This document shows positions 25,250 through 37,721 of a stretch of DNA of 64,000 nucleotides, piece after piece. How positions within the stretch are numbered: the first letter of the stretch is position 1; each line of letters begins with the position of its first letter. Both the position numbers and the translations under genes were made by a program. The notes under the pieces were generated by a model that was given only the letters and a program-made list of their open reading frames with translations, had not been told where the DNA came from and ran no database searches. The DNA is taken from the NCBI RefSeq assembly GCF_001194135.2, contig NC_068989.1, positions 36,686,163-36,750,162 of the forward strand, read 5' to 3'. This DNA is from Octopus bimaculoides (lineage: Eukaryota).

Positions 25250-28200
25250 GTTTTAGTTTAGAGAAGATCCTTTTAAAGATGTTTAGTGTAATAGAGATTG
25301 TATTTGTGATGCGTGTGTTAGCTGGTTAATTTATATTTCTGAAAATCCCAGCTTATCCAGATTGTCACTTGGGCATTTACTCACAAAACCAAATGCACCA
25401 ATTATTATTGGTATAAACATGAATTTATAATCTAGACATAGGAGTTGAAGGTTTAGAAGTAGTTGTCTGTAGATATCCTTTTTCTCTTTGATTTTCAGAG
25501 AGATATTCACATTAGCAGGGCAGCTAACCTCTATGAATTTTGTACTTTGGTAGAAGTTTTGATGGGAATGTTCTACTAATATTCTTTGTATTGATGTTCA
25601 TGTATGTATTTAATAACAAGGGAAGGGTTCTATATTTATCCCAGGACAGTCTTTATTTGGATGGCATTTTTGGGTAGCTGATGATCACATGTATGATGTC
25701 TTCCATGAAAATGTGACATAATTGACATTTTTAATTGTATCAAGTGCTTCACTGTCTCTTTTGTCTATTAGGTATTTTGTAGCAATCTCCTCTCCTTCAA
25801 AATGTGATGTATTGAAGCAGTCATGAGTCCAAGTGAAGCTGCATTTCATGTTGATGTTACCATAATCTTCAAGTCTTCGAGAAATTAGACTTTTTGTGGC
25901 ATGCAGACTGTTTCACAGTCAGGTCTTCTTTCAGGTATGTTAGTCCAGCTAACTTGGGATTGTTTAGGAAGTCATCAGGAATAGAGTGATTCTTAAGGAG
26001 ATAACTGCTGATGGTGTTCTCTTTGCTTTTCCACACTAGGTTTATGTATCTATTTTTGCTGTCAATGTTTAGCAGGTGCTGTCTAAGAGAGACTATATGA
26101 CATTTAAAAGCTGCCCTCTGTCTCCTTTATCTCTTCTTAAGTAGAGCCTTCCGATATCACTGTTTTAGTGGACGTTTCCAGTTGATGTCAGGATCTTGTA
26201 GATTTTAATATCTATGGAGTGAATTTCCTCTACAGACCAGTCAAGCATCCAAATATTGGTATCAGCACTGGTACTGCAAATGCATTGTGCGATATTGTCT
26301 TGTTGTAAGAGGAGTGTTCCATCAGCCATATTTTTCTAACTCTGGTGTAATATTCTTGGGTCACTCTACCTTTATTTTTAGCACCTTAGTATGATGTTTA
26401 CATCAATGCCTATATATTTATAGTATTTTTTGTTTGGAAGAGGAGAGATAAAGAAATTATCGATGCACAGGTTTTGGGTTTGAGGGACAGATTTTCCAAG
26501 TTCAACAATCAAATATGAATACCTCTTTTGACCAAATTCCAATCCGATATCATCTGAAAATGCTATTAACTCAGGCTGTTTTTTGGCATTGTTAACATTT
26601 TTAGTACAGATCTTCAAGTCATCCACAAGTTACTCTGGTATATCTAGCAGCTGCAAACCCTTACATATAGTCAATGGATTTTTGTTGAAGAAATGATTTA
26701 ATGACAAAATAAACAGATTTAGAGAAAGACCATCTCTTTGGAATATTCTCTTAGACTATTGATGATTTTTTCTGCTTTCAGTTATACATGTGAATACTGT
26801 TGTCCAGTTCTTTGTGAACCTCTAAATAGCAGTAACTATGGTAGCAGGCACTTTTACCAAATGTGGAGGCTTCAGCAGCTATGAGCAATAGAACTGAATG
26901 CTTTCCTATGATCAAGCCATACTGTTATAAGGTTTCTGTGGTGCTTTCTTGCCTCAGACAGTGCAGTTTTATTTATCAATAGTTCTCCAGCACATCACCA
27001 CATAGCCTTCTTTCCATTTGCTGGCTCATCACTATGTTGTTGGACTCACAATGATCCCAGAAGAATTGAGAAAGCTTAAGTACAGTTTGTATCTAATGTT
27101 TTGGCAAGCAATGACCCTATAGTTTTCTATCAAGGCAGTGGTTTCATTCTTGGCTTCAAGATCTGTTCATGCTATAGTAAGACAATTTAGTATTTAATGT
27201 GGCATCCCAGAGTACTTTTGAATATACACAGAAATGGATTTCTGTAAAAATTCAACCTCTTGTACCAGTATCCAACTATTAAGTCTCTTCCAATGTCTTA
27301 CCATTATGCAGTTTGCATACAGCTATAACGAAAGTTTGGGGTTGATTGTGTATGTTTTACTGTCAATACTCATAAAAGTATTCTTTCCTAACTGTTTTTA
27401 ACAATAATGTATTCTGGTTGAAATCTCTCTTTTCACTCCAGATCTAGATCAGAAGGATTAAAGATCATCTTGAGAAGGGTCTTTTTTAGTGGTAATGCTT
27501 TCCTTCCTTATCTCCTTATATAATGCTTATGGTTTGGAAGCAACCTTGTGACTTATACTGGCATGCTCAAAACTATTTGTACAATAGTGAACTTTTTTAT
27601 TTAGTATTCTGAGTTCATGCTTTAGAGCAGTGGTTCTCACCTGGGGACCATAATTTTCTTGTTAAAATTTATCAGCAATAAATGTTTTACATCTAGAATT
27701 CATAAAATATTTTAACAAATTTTTTTTACAGTTCCTAATAATATTTAATTATAAAATTATAATATTAATTTTTTAAACATTGAATGGTTAGGAGAGTCCA
27801 TCTGAGTAAAATAAGAACCAAAGGAGTCCATAGGTAAAAAAGGTGGCNNNNNNNNNNNNNNNNNNNNNNNNNNNNNNNNNNNNNNNNNNNNNNNNNNNNN
27901 NNNNNNNNNNNNNNNNNNNNNNNNNNNNNNNNNNNNNNNNNNNNNNNNNNNNNNNNNNNNNNNNNNCCCAGACCGGGCGTTGTGAGTGTTTACTGAGCGA
28001 AAACACCTAAAGCTCCACGAGGCTCTGGCAGGGGATGGTGGCGAACCCTGCTGTACTCTTTCACCACAACTTTCTCTCACTCTTACTTCCTGTTTCTGTT
28101 GTGCCTGTAATTCAAAGGGTCAGCCTTGTCACCCTGTGTCACGCTGATTATCCCCGAGAACTACGTTAAGGGTACACGTGTCTGTGGAGTGCTCAGCCAC

Positions 28201-28650
28201 TTGCACGTTAATTTCACGAGCAGGCTGTTCCGTTGATTGGATCAACTGGAACCCTCGACATTGTAAGCGACGGAGTGCCAGCAAAAAATTGGTGAGGTGT
28301 GAATTCATTATTCCCCTTATATTTTATTTTCTGGGTTAACCATCCATATGAAGGCTGCAGTATTATTTTCCATCTAGTATCAGTAAATTTCATTATCAAG
28401 TATATTGCAAACTTCCCAGATTTTCTTTAAGAGTGGTAGCAGTAGTGTACACAAAAGTATTAGTATTCCAGTAGTTAACATCACATGATTCTATGTGTTC
28501 CCTAGCAACATCTTCAATAACTTTTAATGTTTGAGCATTTGGAGATTTCTTTAATCTTACTGAGAATGGCCTGTTTGATGACATTTTGAAACAAGTAGAA
28601 AATTCTTGAATGCATTATGATTTCAAAATGTTTCTAAGTTGAATATATTC
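25250..28650 (-). mobile_element. Degenerate R4/Dong-like (restriction-like endonuclease) non-LTR retrotransposon, copy B, interrupted by a hAT MITE and a SINE
   Basis: RT segment MDDLKI...AFSDDIGLEFGQKR...YKYIGI (26626-26400); knuckle-region EDIIHVIISYPKM (~25700); C-terminal IEVSCPANVNI...YKFMFIPIIIGAFG (~25530-25370). Confidence 0.75.
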
Positions 28651-28749
28651 CATAGTTGTCTCAGTTGAATCAGTTACATGTGGAGATATAATTTAGTGAT
28701 GGTAGTAGTGGTTTGTTTGTGTTTTTTTTGTATGTATGTATATATATAT

Positions 28750-30170
28750 ATATCTGTGTGGCAATGAATGTATATGTTTGTGTGTATGTATGCATGTATG
28801 ATTTTTCTCTAAGGTTTATTTAAATTCTCCTGAAGAGAGTTCAAGCCAGTCACTCACAAAGCAACAAGACTTTTTGAGTTCAGAGAGTTTCCGGTGTTTG
28901 TAAATATGTGGTTGAGATGGTGTGTTGGTTAAACTGTTGATACACACCCATCCAAGTGTGTACATCTATTCACATTAGAAACTCAGAGGAAGAATTTTTG
29001 GAATTACAAATTTTGACTGTGCCACTAATAGATTGGATTTGGAGAACTTGTATCAGTTTCTTTTGTGCTTTCTTTGTGAAACCAAGTATTTTTAGGTTTT
29101 TGTGCAAATTTGTTGGTACATAAACTAATGCACCTATAATGATAGGTACAAACAAGAATTTATAATCAGGGTAAGAGAGCTGTCACTCCTGTATTAATTT
29201 ACCATAAATGTTCACTTTTACTTGGACTTTTGCTTGTACAGTCACATCTATTGGGCAGCTGACCTCTGCAACAATGCATGACTTTTGTACCCTGTCCTAC
29301 AAAACAATATCATGTCTGTTATGTTTGACTGAATTGATATTTGTTTTCAAGTGTTCCACCAGTATTTCTGGTTTTTAAAGGTGTGAATATCTGCAGGTTT
29401 TGACATAACCTTTGATGTATGCATCTGGGCAGTCCATCATGTGGATAGCATTGTAAATAGTCTTTGCAACTATATCATGCCTCGGGGGCAGGTAGCATCT
29501 TGTAAACATTTTGGGGCAGCTACTGCTGATGTTGGTGATATCTTCCACACTGGTATAACAGAGTTGATTTTTTTTTTATTACAGTGTGGAGGTTTGGTGG
29601 TATCTTTGTTTGTCTTGTTTATGAGGTATTTAGCAGCTATATCCTGTTTGTGGATAGTGAAGGCTTATCTTACTAGGTGGGATGTAATGTATCTAACGTA
29701 GACCCTACTCTTTCTGTCGATGCTGCTGTTGCCTTCTAGCTTACAGGATATGTATCCATGCATTGCTTTTTGCTGGCATGATGCTAGCTTGAGTATGCAT
29801 GGAGTGTACTCATTTCTTTCTTTACTGTTGAGCAGGTGTTGTCTGAGTGATACAATGCGACATTCAAAGGCTGTTTGGACTGACCTTATGCCTCTACCTG
29901 CACCGCTTCATCTCATATAGATCTTATCAGTGTTGTAATGTGGAAGTTGCCAGTGGTGATCAGTGTCTTTCTGGTTTTGATGTTCTGACTGTGTATCTCA
30001 TTGAGTGTCCAATCCAATATCCCAAATGTTGGTACTAGCACATGTATGAATGTGTGTGTGTGTGTGTGCGTGTATGTGTGAGTATGCGTGCATGTGTGTC
30101 TATCCCAGAGGAATGTGAAACACAGTCTATACTGACTGGATTTCAACACAGAATGTAGCAGGACCAAAGT
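28750..30170 (-). mobile_element. Degenerate R4/Dong-like element, 3' part, copy A
   Basis: EDITNISSSCPKM...RHDIVAKTIY, VKHNRHDIVL (RLE PD motif region) and AEVSCPIDV...FVPIIIGALVYVP...LQIQSISGTVKIC, then a 3' UTR-like stretch ending in AAATAAA and a microsatellite. Confidence 0.75.
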
Positions 30171-30685
30171 AAATACTGAAAGATATTAAAAAAACTAAAT
30201 TACCATGTATAATTACCGGTACTGGTGTCACGTAAAAAGCGCTCAGTCCACTCTGTAAGGTGGTTGGTGTTAGGAAGGGTATCAAGCCATAACAAAACAC
30301 GCCAACACAGTGAAGCCTGGTGCAGCCTTTTGCCTAGCCAGCCCCTGTCAAACGATCTAACCCATGCCAGCATGGAAAACGAATGTTAAATGATGATGAT
30401 GACGATGGTGAATTACCAAGAGTCATGCAAAAGAATAGAAAATTTAGTGGAAACATGTTTAATGTAATTATTATTGAAAACAACTGGCATTACAAATAAT
30501 TAGCATTGAAATATAAATAGTACCTAAATATGTAATTAAAATACTTATGAAGTGAGAAAAAGACATTACTTCAATAACTAATATTATTACAAGTGCAGCG
30601 TGGAAGATGTTTATAAGCCATTTAAGAACAAACAAAAATCCATTAGATTCACTTCAACATTTATATTTAATTTGTCAAAATATTT

Positions 30686-31762
30686 GGTTAATGTTTACAT
30701 CTTGACCTGGAAATGAAAATCAAAAAAAAAAAAAAAATACTGGAATGGGTGTAAATCAATGTGTAGGAAATGAGTATGAAAAAAAAAATGCGCGCAAAGC
30801 AACGGGAGGGTGGGGAGAGGACTTCGGAAAATTCACAAGATCCGAGCTTTTCCCTCACAACTTTTAGGAAAGTAGGTTTTTTTTCAATGAAATTTTATAG
30901 AAATACCTTTCAAACGGCATACATTACGATTATAAAGAAGTTTGTGGGGAAAATCCTTTCCAAGGGGGTGAGGAGAGGACTTCGAAAANNNNNNNNNNNN
31001 NNNNNNNNNNNNNNNNNNNNNNNNNNNNNNNNNNNNNNNNNNNNNNNNNNNNNNNNNNNNNNNNNNNNNNNNNNNNNNNNNNNNNNNNNNNNNNNNNNNN
31101 NNNNNNNNNNNNNNNNNNNNNNNNNNNNNNNNNNNNNNNNNNNNNNNNNNNNNNNNNNNNNNNNNNNNNNNNNNNNNNNNNNNNNNNNNNNNNNNNNNNN
31201 NNNNNNNNNNNNNNNNNNNNNNNNNNNNNNNNNNNNNNNNNNNNNNNNNNNNNNNNNNNNNNNNNNNNNNNNNNNNNNNNNNNNNNNNNNNNNNNNNNNN
31301 NNNNNNNNNNNNNNNNNNNNNNNNNNNNNNNNNNNNNNNNNNNNNNNNNNNNNNAATTTCTTTATAATCGTAATGTATGCCCTTTGAGATTTCCTTGAAA
31401 TTTCATTGAAAAAAGCCCCCATTTTCCCAAAAGTTATGAGGGAAAAACTCGGATTTTGTGAATTTTCCGAAGTCCTCTCCTCACCCCCTTGGAATAGATT
31501 TTCCCCACAAATTTCTTTATAATCGTAATGTATGCCGTTTGAAAGGTATTTCTATAAAATTTCATTGAAAAAAAACTCATTTTCCTAAAAGTTACGAGGG
31601 AAAAACTCGGATCTTGTGAATTTTCCGAAGTCCTCTCCCCACCCTCCCGTTGCTTTGCGCGCATTTTTTTGTTCATATTCGTTTCCTACACATTGTTTTA
31701 CACACATTCCAGTATTTTTCTTTTTGGATTTTCATTTCCGGCTCAAGATGTAAACATTAAAC
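30686..31762. mobile_element. Foldback-type DNA transposon with >300-bp TIRs containing ~155-bp subrepeats, 8-bp TSD AAATATTT
   Basis: 30686-30988 is the reverse complement of ~31460-31762. AAATATTT at 30678-30685 and 31763-31770; termini GGTTAATG...CATTAAAC; centre lies in an N gap. Confidence 0.85.
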
Positions 31763-31779
31763 AAATATTTTCGTCGCTT

Positions 31780-32500
31780 TGAAACCGCGACCTGTTCACA
31801 GATAAAACTTGTTGCTGCATCACATTTAATCATTATGTCAAGTACGGGAGACAACATCGGACACTTTTCGTTCTTATTAGACCTCCTCAACAAAACATAC
31901 CTTTCACAGTACTTACCGATATCTTTTTGAAAGAACGACTGAGTAAATAGACATACAATTAGTATCCAGTCAGGAACATAAAAGATGGCATATTAAAAAA
32001 AAAATCAAATCACGAAAGTTGATAAAAGATATTTGGTAAAGGTTTCCTCTGTTTTTATAAGTCCACTGTAAATTTTTACTAAGTTTCAGTGTACAGTCTT
32101 CCATAGGTTCAGTCTCTGTCCAATCAGAACAATCGTCTTGTTATCTGCATATGGCGCTTGCTTCAAACATCAACCATCAACCTACTACAATATAACTGAC
32201 TAAAAGTATTCATATTTCTACATTTTTCTTTTTAAAATTTATTCAGCTCTACTAAGATGACATAATTATAAGTTCCTGGGATTGTTGATACCTTCATAAC
32301 TAATTTTTGTGTCTCTTAAATATCCGGGCTACTTTATCGATGATGTGAGAAACAAAACAACACAAAAACACTCAGGTAACAAAACAAAACCAGGTATGTG
32401 TTCACCCTAACTCTATATTAACAATCCAAGAAACAAAACTAAATCAGGTTTATGAACCTAACCGTGCATTCACAATGTTCTCTCTCTCTCCCCCTCTTTA

Positions 32501-32550
<50 letters not shown>

Positions 32551-33540
32551 TTCAAAATTGTACAAAAAGAACACAAAAAGCAAACCAGACAGGTGAGGCA
32601 ACAACAATCAAGGTGTATTAGTTTGACTAATATATATACAGTTGTATGCTCCGAGGCAAGTTGTGACTTGATAATAACTTCTATGGTTTTTATTATATAT
32701 CTGTTCTGCACAAACCGTATTATTTGTATATATGGCCAAATTGTTAATCCCCAAATCAAACATTTCCGTTGGGTTATAAGTATATCGTCTTTATTTTTGT
32801 ATTGCACCTTCATTTCAAATTATAGATTTATTTACAAAAGATTATTTTTTTGTAAATTAATTTGTAATTAAAACGGAAACCAAGAAATAATCAAAATACA
32901 AATGGAAACACCCTTAAACTGCAAGCCAAGGGAAACTGGTGTTCCCCTCGAAAAGTTTTTACTTATATTGGAGGACAATTGAGATTGATGTGAGTGACAT
33001 TAACCATTTGATCTAAGTAATTTTAATTGGAAGCGTAGTCGAAAAGTTGATATCGATTAAACCGAACTTCAGAAGATTTTATACAATTTTAATATTATAC
33101 CGTTAAGATATCGTTTAACTTATCACAACCATGTTATCGGAAAGGCATTAACACAATTCCTTACTTTATAAATATTAGATTTCTGCAAGAAATTATTTAT
33201 GCTCCAGGTCTTTGTTTATTTTTCTATTATTCTGTTATTATCGGTTGCGAGATGTCCAGTTTTCAAACAATAAACACGCTAACAACAGTAACAACCTGCC
33301 TCTAGGTGCTAGAAATAACTGCCAATCAACCTGTCGATCTGTTTATCACTTCCACCTGGTCTTTCAATGACTTTCTCGGACGGTTTGCTATAAATTCATC
33401 GCATGTAATTTTATCAACTGGTAAGTACATCGCACACTAATCACATCACCTGGTATTTCTTTATATTACAAGGTACAAGGTAATCTCAGTGAAAACCAAT
33501 ATATCGCCAGCAAATCCATCGTTACACTCTTATCATCATC
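31780..33540. promoter_or_regulatory. Candidate bidirectional promoter / first-exon region (probable CCDC61 5' end)
   Basis: Repeat-poor and visibly richer in CpG than the flanks. CCAAT box at 32120-32124 with ATGGCG just downstream; DRE-like TATCGAT matches near 32335 and 33050. Plus-strand donors at 32376, 32394 and 33421 (GTAAGT); minus-strand donor CG|GTAAGT at 31916-31911. Confidence 0.45.
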
Positions 33541-34404
33541 ATTATCATTTAGCGTCCGCTTCCCATGCTGGTATGGGTTAAACAAGGGGTTCTCAACCAT
33601 TAAAGAAAAAATGTTTATCTCTGGATCCCTTTCGTTATCATATTATTCTGGTGGACCCCCATAACCATTTGATGTTTAAAAATGTTTCATAGATATTTCT
33701 TTCAAAATTTCTATTTTGTTTTTCACACATTCACTGGTGTAGGGTGAATTATGTAGAATATTAGAGAAATAATCCCAGCTGTTTCTTGCGATACATACCA
33801 ATACATCCATCTGAAGCAAATTTTTTTTAGGAGCCATTAAAATACTATTGTGGATCTCCAATTTACTATTTTGTTGCATAGACCCCTCCCAAAATCTTAT
33901 ATGGACTCTGGTTGAGAACCACTGGGTTAGACGGTTTGACTGGAACTGGTAAGCCAGAGAGCTGTACTAGGTTCCAGTCTGATTTTGTCTTTGTTTCTAC
34001 AGCTGGATGCCCTTCCTACACTCCATTAGTATAGTGGGTGCCTTTTATGTGTCACCAGCCACAACTACGATTTCACTTGGCTTGATGAGTCTTCTGAAGC
34101 ACAACAAGTTGCCATAGGTCTTGATCACTTGTCATCACTTCCATAAGACCCAACATTAGAAGATCATGTTTCACCACCTCATCCCATGTCTTCCTGGATC
34201 TACCTCTCCCACAGGTTCTCTCCACAGTTAGAGATTGGCACTTATTTACGCAGCTGTCCATATCCATTACATGATCATACCTGTGCAGTCATCTCTCTTG
34301 CACACCACATCTGATGCCTCTTATGCCCAGTTTTTCTCTCAAGATGCTTACACTCTGTTGTACATGCACACTGACATTATACATCCAGCGAAGCATACTA
34401 TGAC
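33533..34404 (-). mobile_element. 5'-truncated RTE LINE (3' ORF end plus tail), interrupted by a hAT MITE
   Basis: ORF 34073-34267 (TCGRGRSRKTWDEVVKHDLLMLGL) is homologous to 36850-37053; the tail gatgatga... lies at 33533-33583 and 33925-34060 in reverse. Confidence 0.88.
33584..33924. mobile_element. hAT (Charlie-like) MITE; related pieces at ~15080-15233 and ~27628-27847
   Basis: TIRs AAGGGGTTCTCAACC / GGTTGAGAACCACTG; 8-bp TSD GGTTAAAC (33576-33583) / GGTTAGAC (33925-33932); splits a contiguous RTE tail. Confidence 0.88.
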
Positions 34405-37400
34405 ACCCTATTGCAGACTACCTCGTTGACAAATGACAGGGACCTTCTCTTTGTGGCTGGTGATTTCAATAGACATGTTGGACAACATGCAGGGGGCTTC
34501 CATGGCGTACATGGAGGCTATGGCTTTGGTTCCCGAAATGAGAAGGGAACCAGACTGTTGGAGTTCTGTGATGCAAATGATCTTATGGTTTGCAATACCA
34601 ACTTCAGGAAACCTGCCTGTCACCTAGTCACCTACTGTTCCGACAGACACACTAGCCAAATTGACTACATCCTCGCCAGAAAAAGGGAAAGAGGACTGCT
34701 TATAAATGGCAAAACCTTCCCAGGCGAAGAATGTACCCCTCAACACAGATTAGTAGTTAGCAACTTCGGGATCAGGGCTAAATGGATGCCCAGAAATAGA
34801 CCAGCCCAGAGGAGAAGGGTCTGGAAGCTTAAAGATCCTGCAAATGGACAGAGATTTAGAGACATGTTACTCGAAGCCTTCGCCGAAATAGAAGGGGATA
34901 TAGCGTCACATAATGTGGAAGACTACTGGAGGTTTCTACAGGACATCCTGCTGAGAGCCACTGACCAGGTCTGTGGCTGGTGCAAAGTCCCCTCTCGACC
35001 CAAAGTAACGTGGTGGTGGAACAATTTGGCTGACAGGGCTATTAGACAAAAGAAACAGGCTTGGAAGGACTGGAAGAACGGTGGTAGCAGGGAATTGTAT
35101 CAAACTGCCAAAAGGGAAGCTAGGAGACAGGTTTACTTAGCCAGAGGAGAAGCAGATAAGAAAAAAAATTGCCAATGTTTTGCGCCATGAGGACCAAAGA
35201 CTTGAGGTATTTCATGTTGCAAGACAGTGTGAGAGAATTGTGATGTACGAGAGAAATGTGTCCGAATGGATGATGGCTCACTTGGACTAAACGAAGCTGC
35301 AAAGAGAGAGGTTTGGAGACGCCACTATGAAAGGTTGCTTAATAAAGAGAATGAATGGGAGAAAGAGAGTCTGCCGAATGTCAACCCAACAGAGGGACCA
35401 GCTATCTTAATTGACAGTACCTTGGTATATAAAGCAATCAAGAGTATGAAGACAGGGAAAGTCCCCGGCCCATCTGGAATCACCGCAGAGATGCTCAAAA
35501 TCTCTGGCAGTGTCGGCTATAGCCTAGTCACCCGTATAGTTAACCACGTGATACACAAATGAGTCATACCCGATGACTGGTGTAGCAGCACCATAGTCAG
35601 CTGCTACAAAGGTAAAGGTGATGCTTTAGACACAAACAATTACAGAGGTATCAAGTTGTTGGACCAGGTAATGAAGGTCATGAAGAGGATCATAGCCTAA
35701 CTAATTAGGGAGCGAGTCAGTTTAGATGAGGTGCAGTTTGGGTTCGTGCCAGAGAAAAGCACCAGTAATGCTATATTTCTGGTAAGACAGCTGCAGGAGA
35801 AATACTTAGCCAAAGATAAACCTCTGTACCTGGCTTTCATTGACATGGAAAAAGCCTTTGACAGGGTGCCCTGCTCCCTTATCTGGTGATCAATGAGGAA
35901 ACTAGGGATAGATGAATGGTTAGTGAGAGCTGTGCAAGCCATGTACAAGGACACTGTCAGTAAGGTGAGGGTTGGCAGCAAGTACAGTGAAGAATTCCGG
36001 ATAGAGGTAGGGGTCCACCAATGTTCAGTCCTCAGCCCCCTCCTATTTATCATAGTCCTCCAGGCAATAACAGAGGAATTCAAGACAGGTTGCCCCTGGG
36101 AGCTCCTCTATGCTGATGACATATCTCTAATTGCTGAGTCACTATCAGAACTAGAGGAGAAGTTTCAGGTGTGGAAGCAAGGATTAGAATCGAAGAGTCT
36201 TAGAGTCAACCTAGCTAAAACCAAAGTCCTAATAAGTAGGAAGGTAGACAAACCACAAACCCCTTCAGGTAGATGGTCCTGCTCGATCTGTAGAAAAGGT
36301 GAAGGTAGAAACTCTATAAGATGTACCCAGTGTAAGCTATGGGCACATAAGAGGTGCAGCAATATGAAAGGAAGGCTAACTAGCAAGATAGTTTTTGTAT
36401 GTGGCAGATGCTCAGGAGCAATAAACACTGAAAATGTGCAGAGAAATACTTCTGCCACATTCCAGGGAGAAAAACTAGAAGTAGTTGATAGCTTCCATTA
36501 CCTAGTCAGTAGTGGGGGAGGGGGCACTGAAAGTGTAGCTGCTAGAATAATAGCCTGGGCAAAGTTCAGAGAGCTCTTACCTCTGATGGTGACAAAGGGC
36601 CTCTTGCTCAGAGTAAAAGGCAGACTGCATGACGCATGTGTACGAACAGCCATGCTACATGGCAGTGAAACATGGGCCATGACTGCTGAGGACATGCGTA
36701 AGCTCGCAAGGAATGAAGCCAGTATACTCCGATGGATGTGTAATGTCAGTGTGCATACTTGACAGAGTGTAAGTTCCTTGAGAGAAAAGTTGAACCTAAG
36801 AAGCATCAGTTGTGGTGTGCAAGAGAGATGATTACGCTGGTATGGTCATGTGGCAAGAACGGGTGAGGATAGCTGTGTGAAAAAGTACCACAGCCTAGCA
36901 GTTGAGAGTACCTGTGAAAGAGGTAGACCCAGGAAGACCTGGGCTGAGGTGGTGAAGCACGACCTTCAAACATTAGGCCTCACCGAGGCAATGACTAGTG
37001 ACAGAGACCTGTGGAAGTATGCGGTGTGTGAGAAGACCCAGCAAGACAAGTGAGATCATAACCTGTGGCCTTTACCAGGGGTGTGGCCTTTCCTTCATTG
37101 GACACAAAACCCTGCTTGCGAAGAGCTGTTGAGGCAAGTGAAATCGAGAATTGAACCAAATTCGTTGACTGGCATCCATGCCAACCTTCCTTCATTGGAC
37201 ACTAAACTCAGCTTGCGAAGACCTGTTGGAGCAAGTGAGATCGAAACTGAACCAAATTCGATGACTGGCACACGTGCCAGTGGAGCGCTAACAGCACCGT
37301 CTGGGTGGGATCACTGCCAGAGCAGCGGTCTCGCTCTTGTACCAGTGGCACGTAAAAAGCACCATTTGAGCACAATCGTTTCCAGCTTCGCCTTACTGGC

Positions 37401-37690
37401 AATGGTGCCAGTGGCATGTGAACAAAACATTGGCTGACTCCTGTGCAGGTGGCACGTAAAAAAACACCATTCGAGCGTGGCTGTTGCCAGTACTGCCAGA
37501 CTGGCCCTCGTGCTGGTGGCACGTAAAAAGCACCCACTACATTCTTGGAGTGGTTGGCATTAGGAAGGGCATCCAGCTGAGGAAACTCTGCCAGATCAGA
37601 TTGGAGTCTGGTATAACCATCCACTTCGCTAGTCCCCAGTCAAATCGTCCAACCCATGCTAGCATGGAAAGCGGACATTAAATGATGATG

Positions 37691-37692
<2 letters not shown>
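34405..37692 (+). mobile_element. 5'-truncated RTE-clade LINE, 3.3 kb (APE C-terminal half, RT, PHD-like insert, 3' UTR); non-functional
   Basis: AGDFNRHVG, SQIDYIL and QHRLVV (APE); KVPGPSGI, YRGIKLL, QFGF, DMEKAFDRV, HQCSVLSPLLF and YADD at 36109-36120. Broken by a frameshift near 35160 and several stops; ends aatgatgatgat. Confidence 0.96.

Positions 37693-37721
<29 letters not shown>

Noticed and set aside
34411-36762. Functional RTE reverse transcriptase gene
   Set aside because: 5'-truncated, frameshifted near 35160 and interrupted by stops (e.g. ~35560, ~35698, ~35888, ~36760); the QG motif reads QC.
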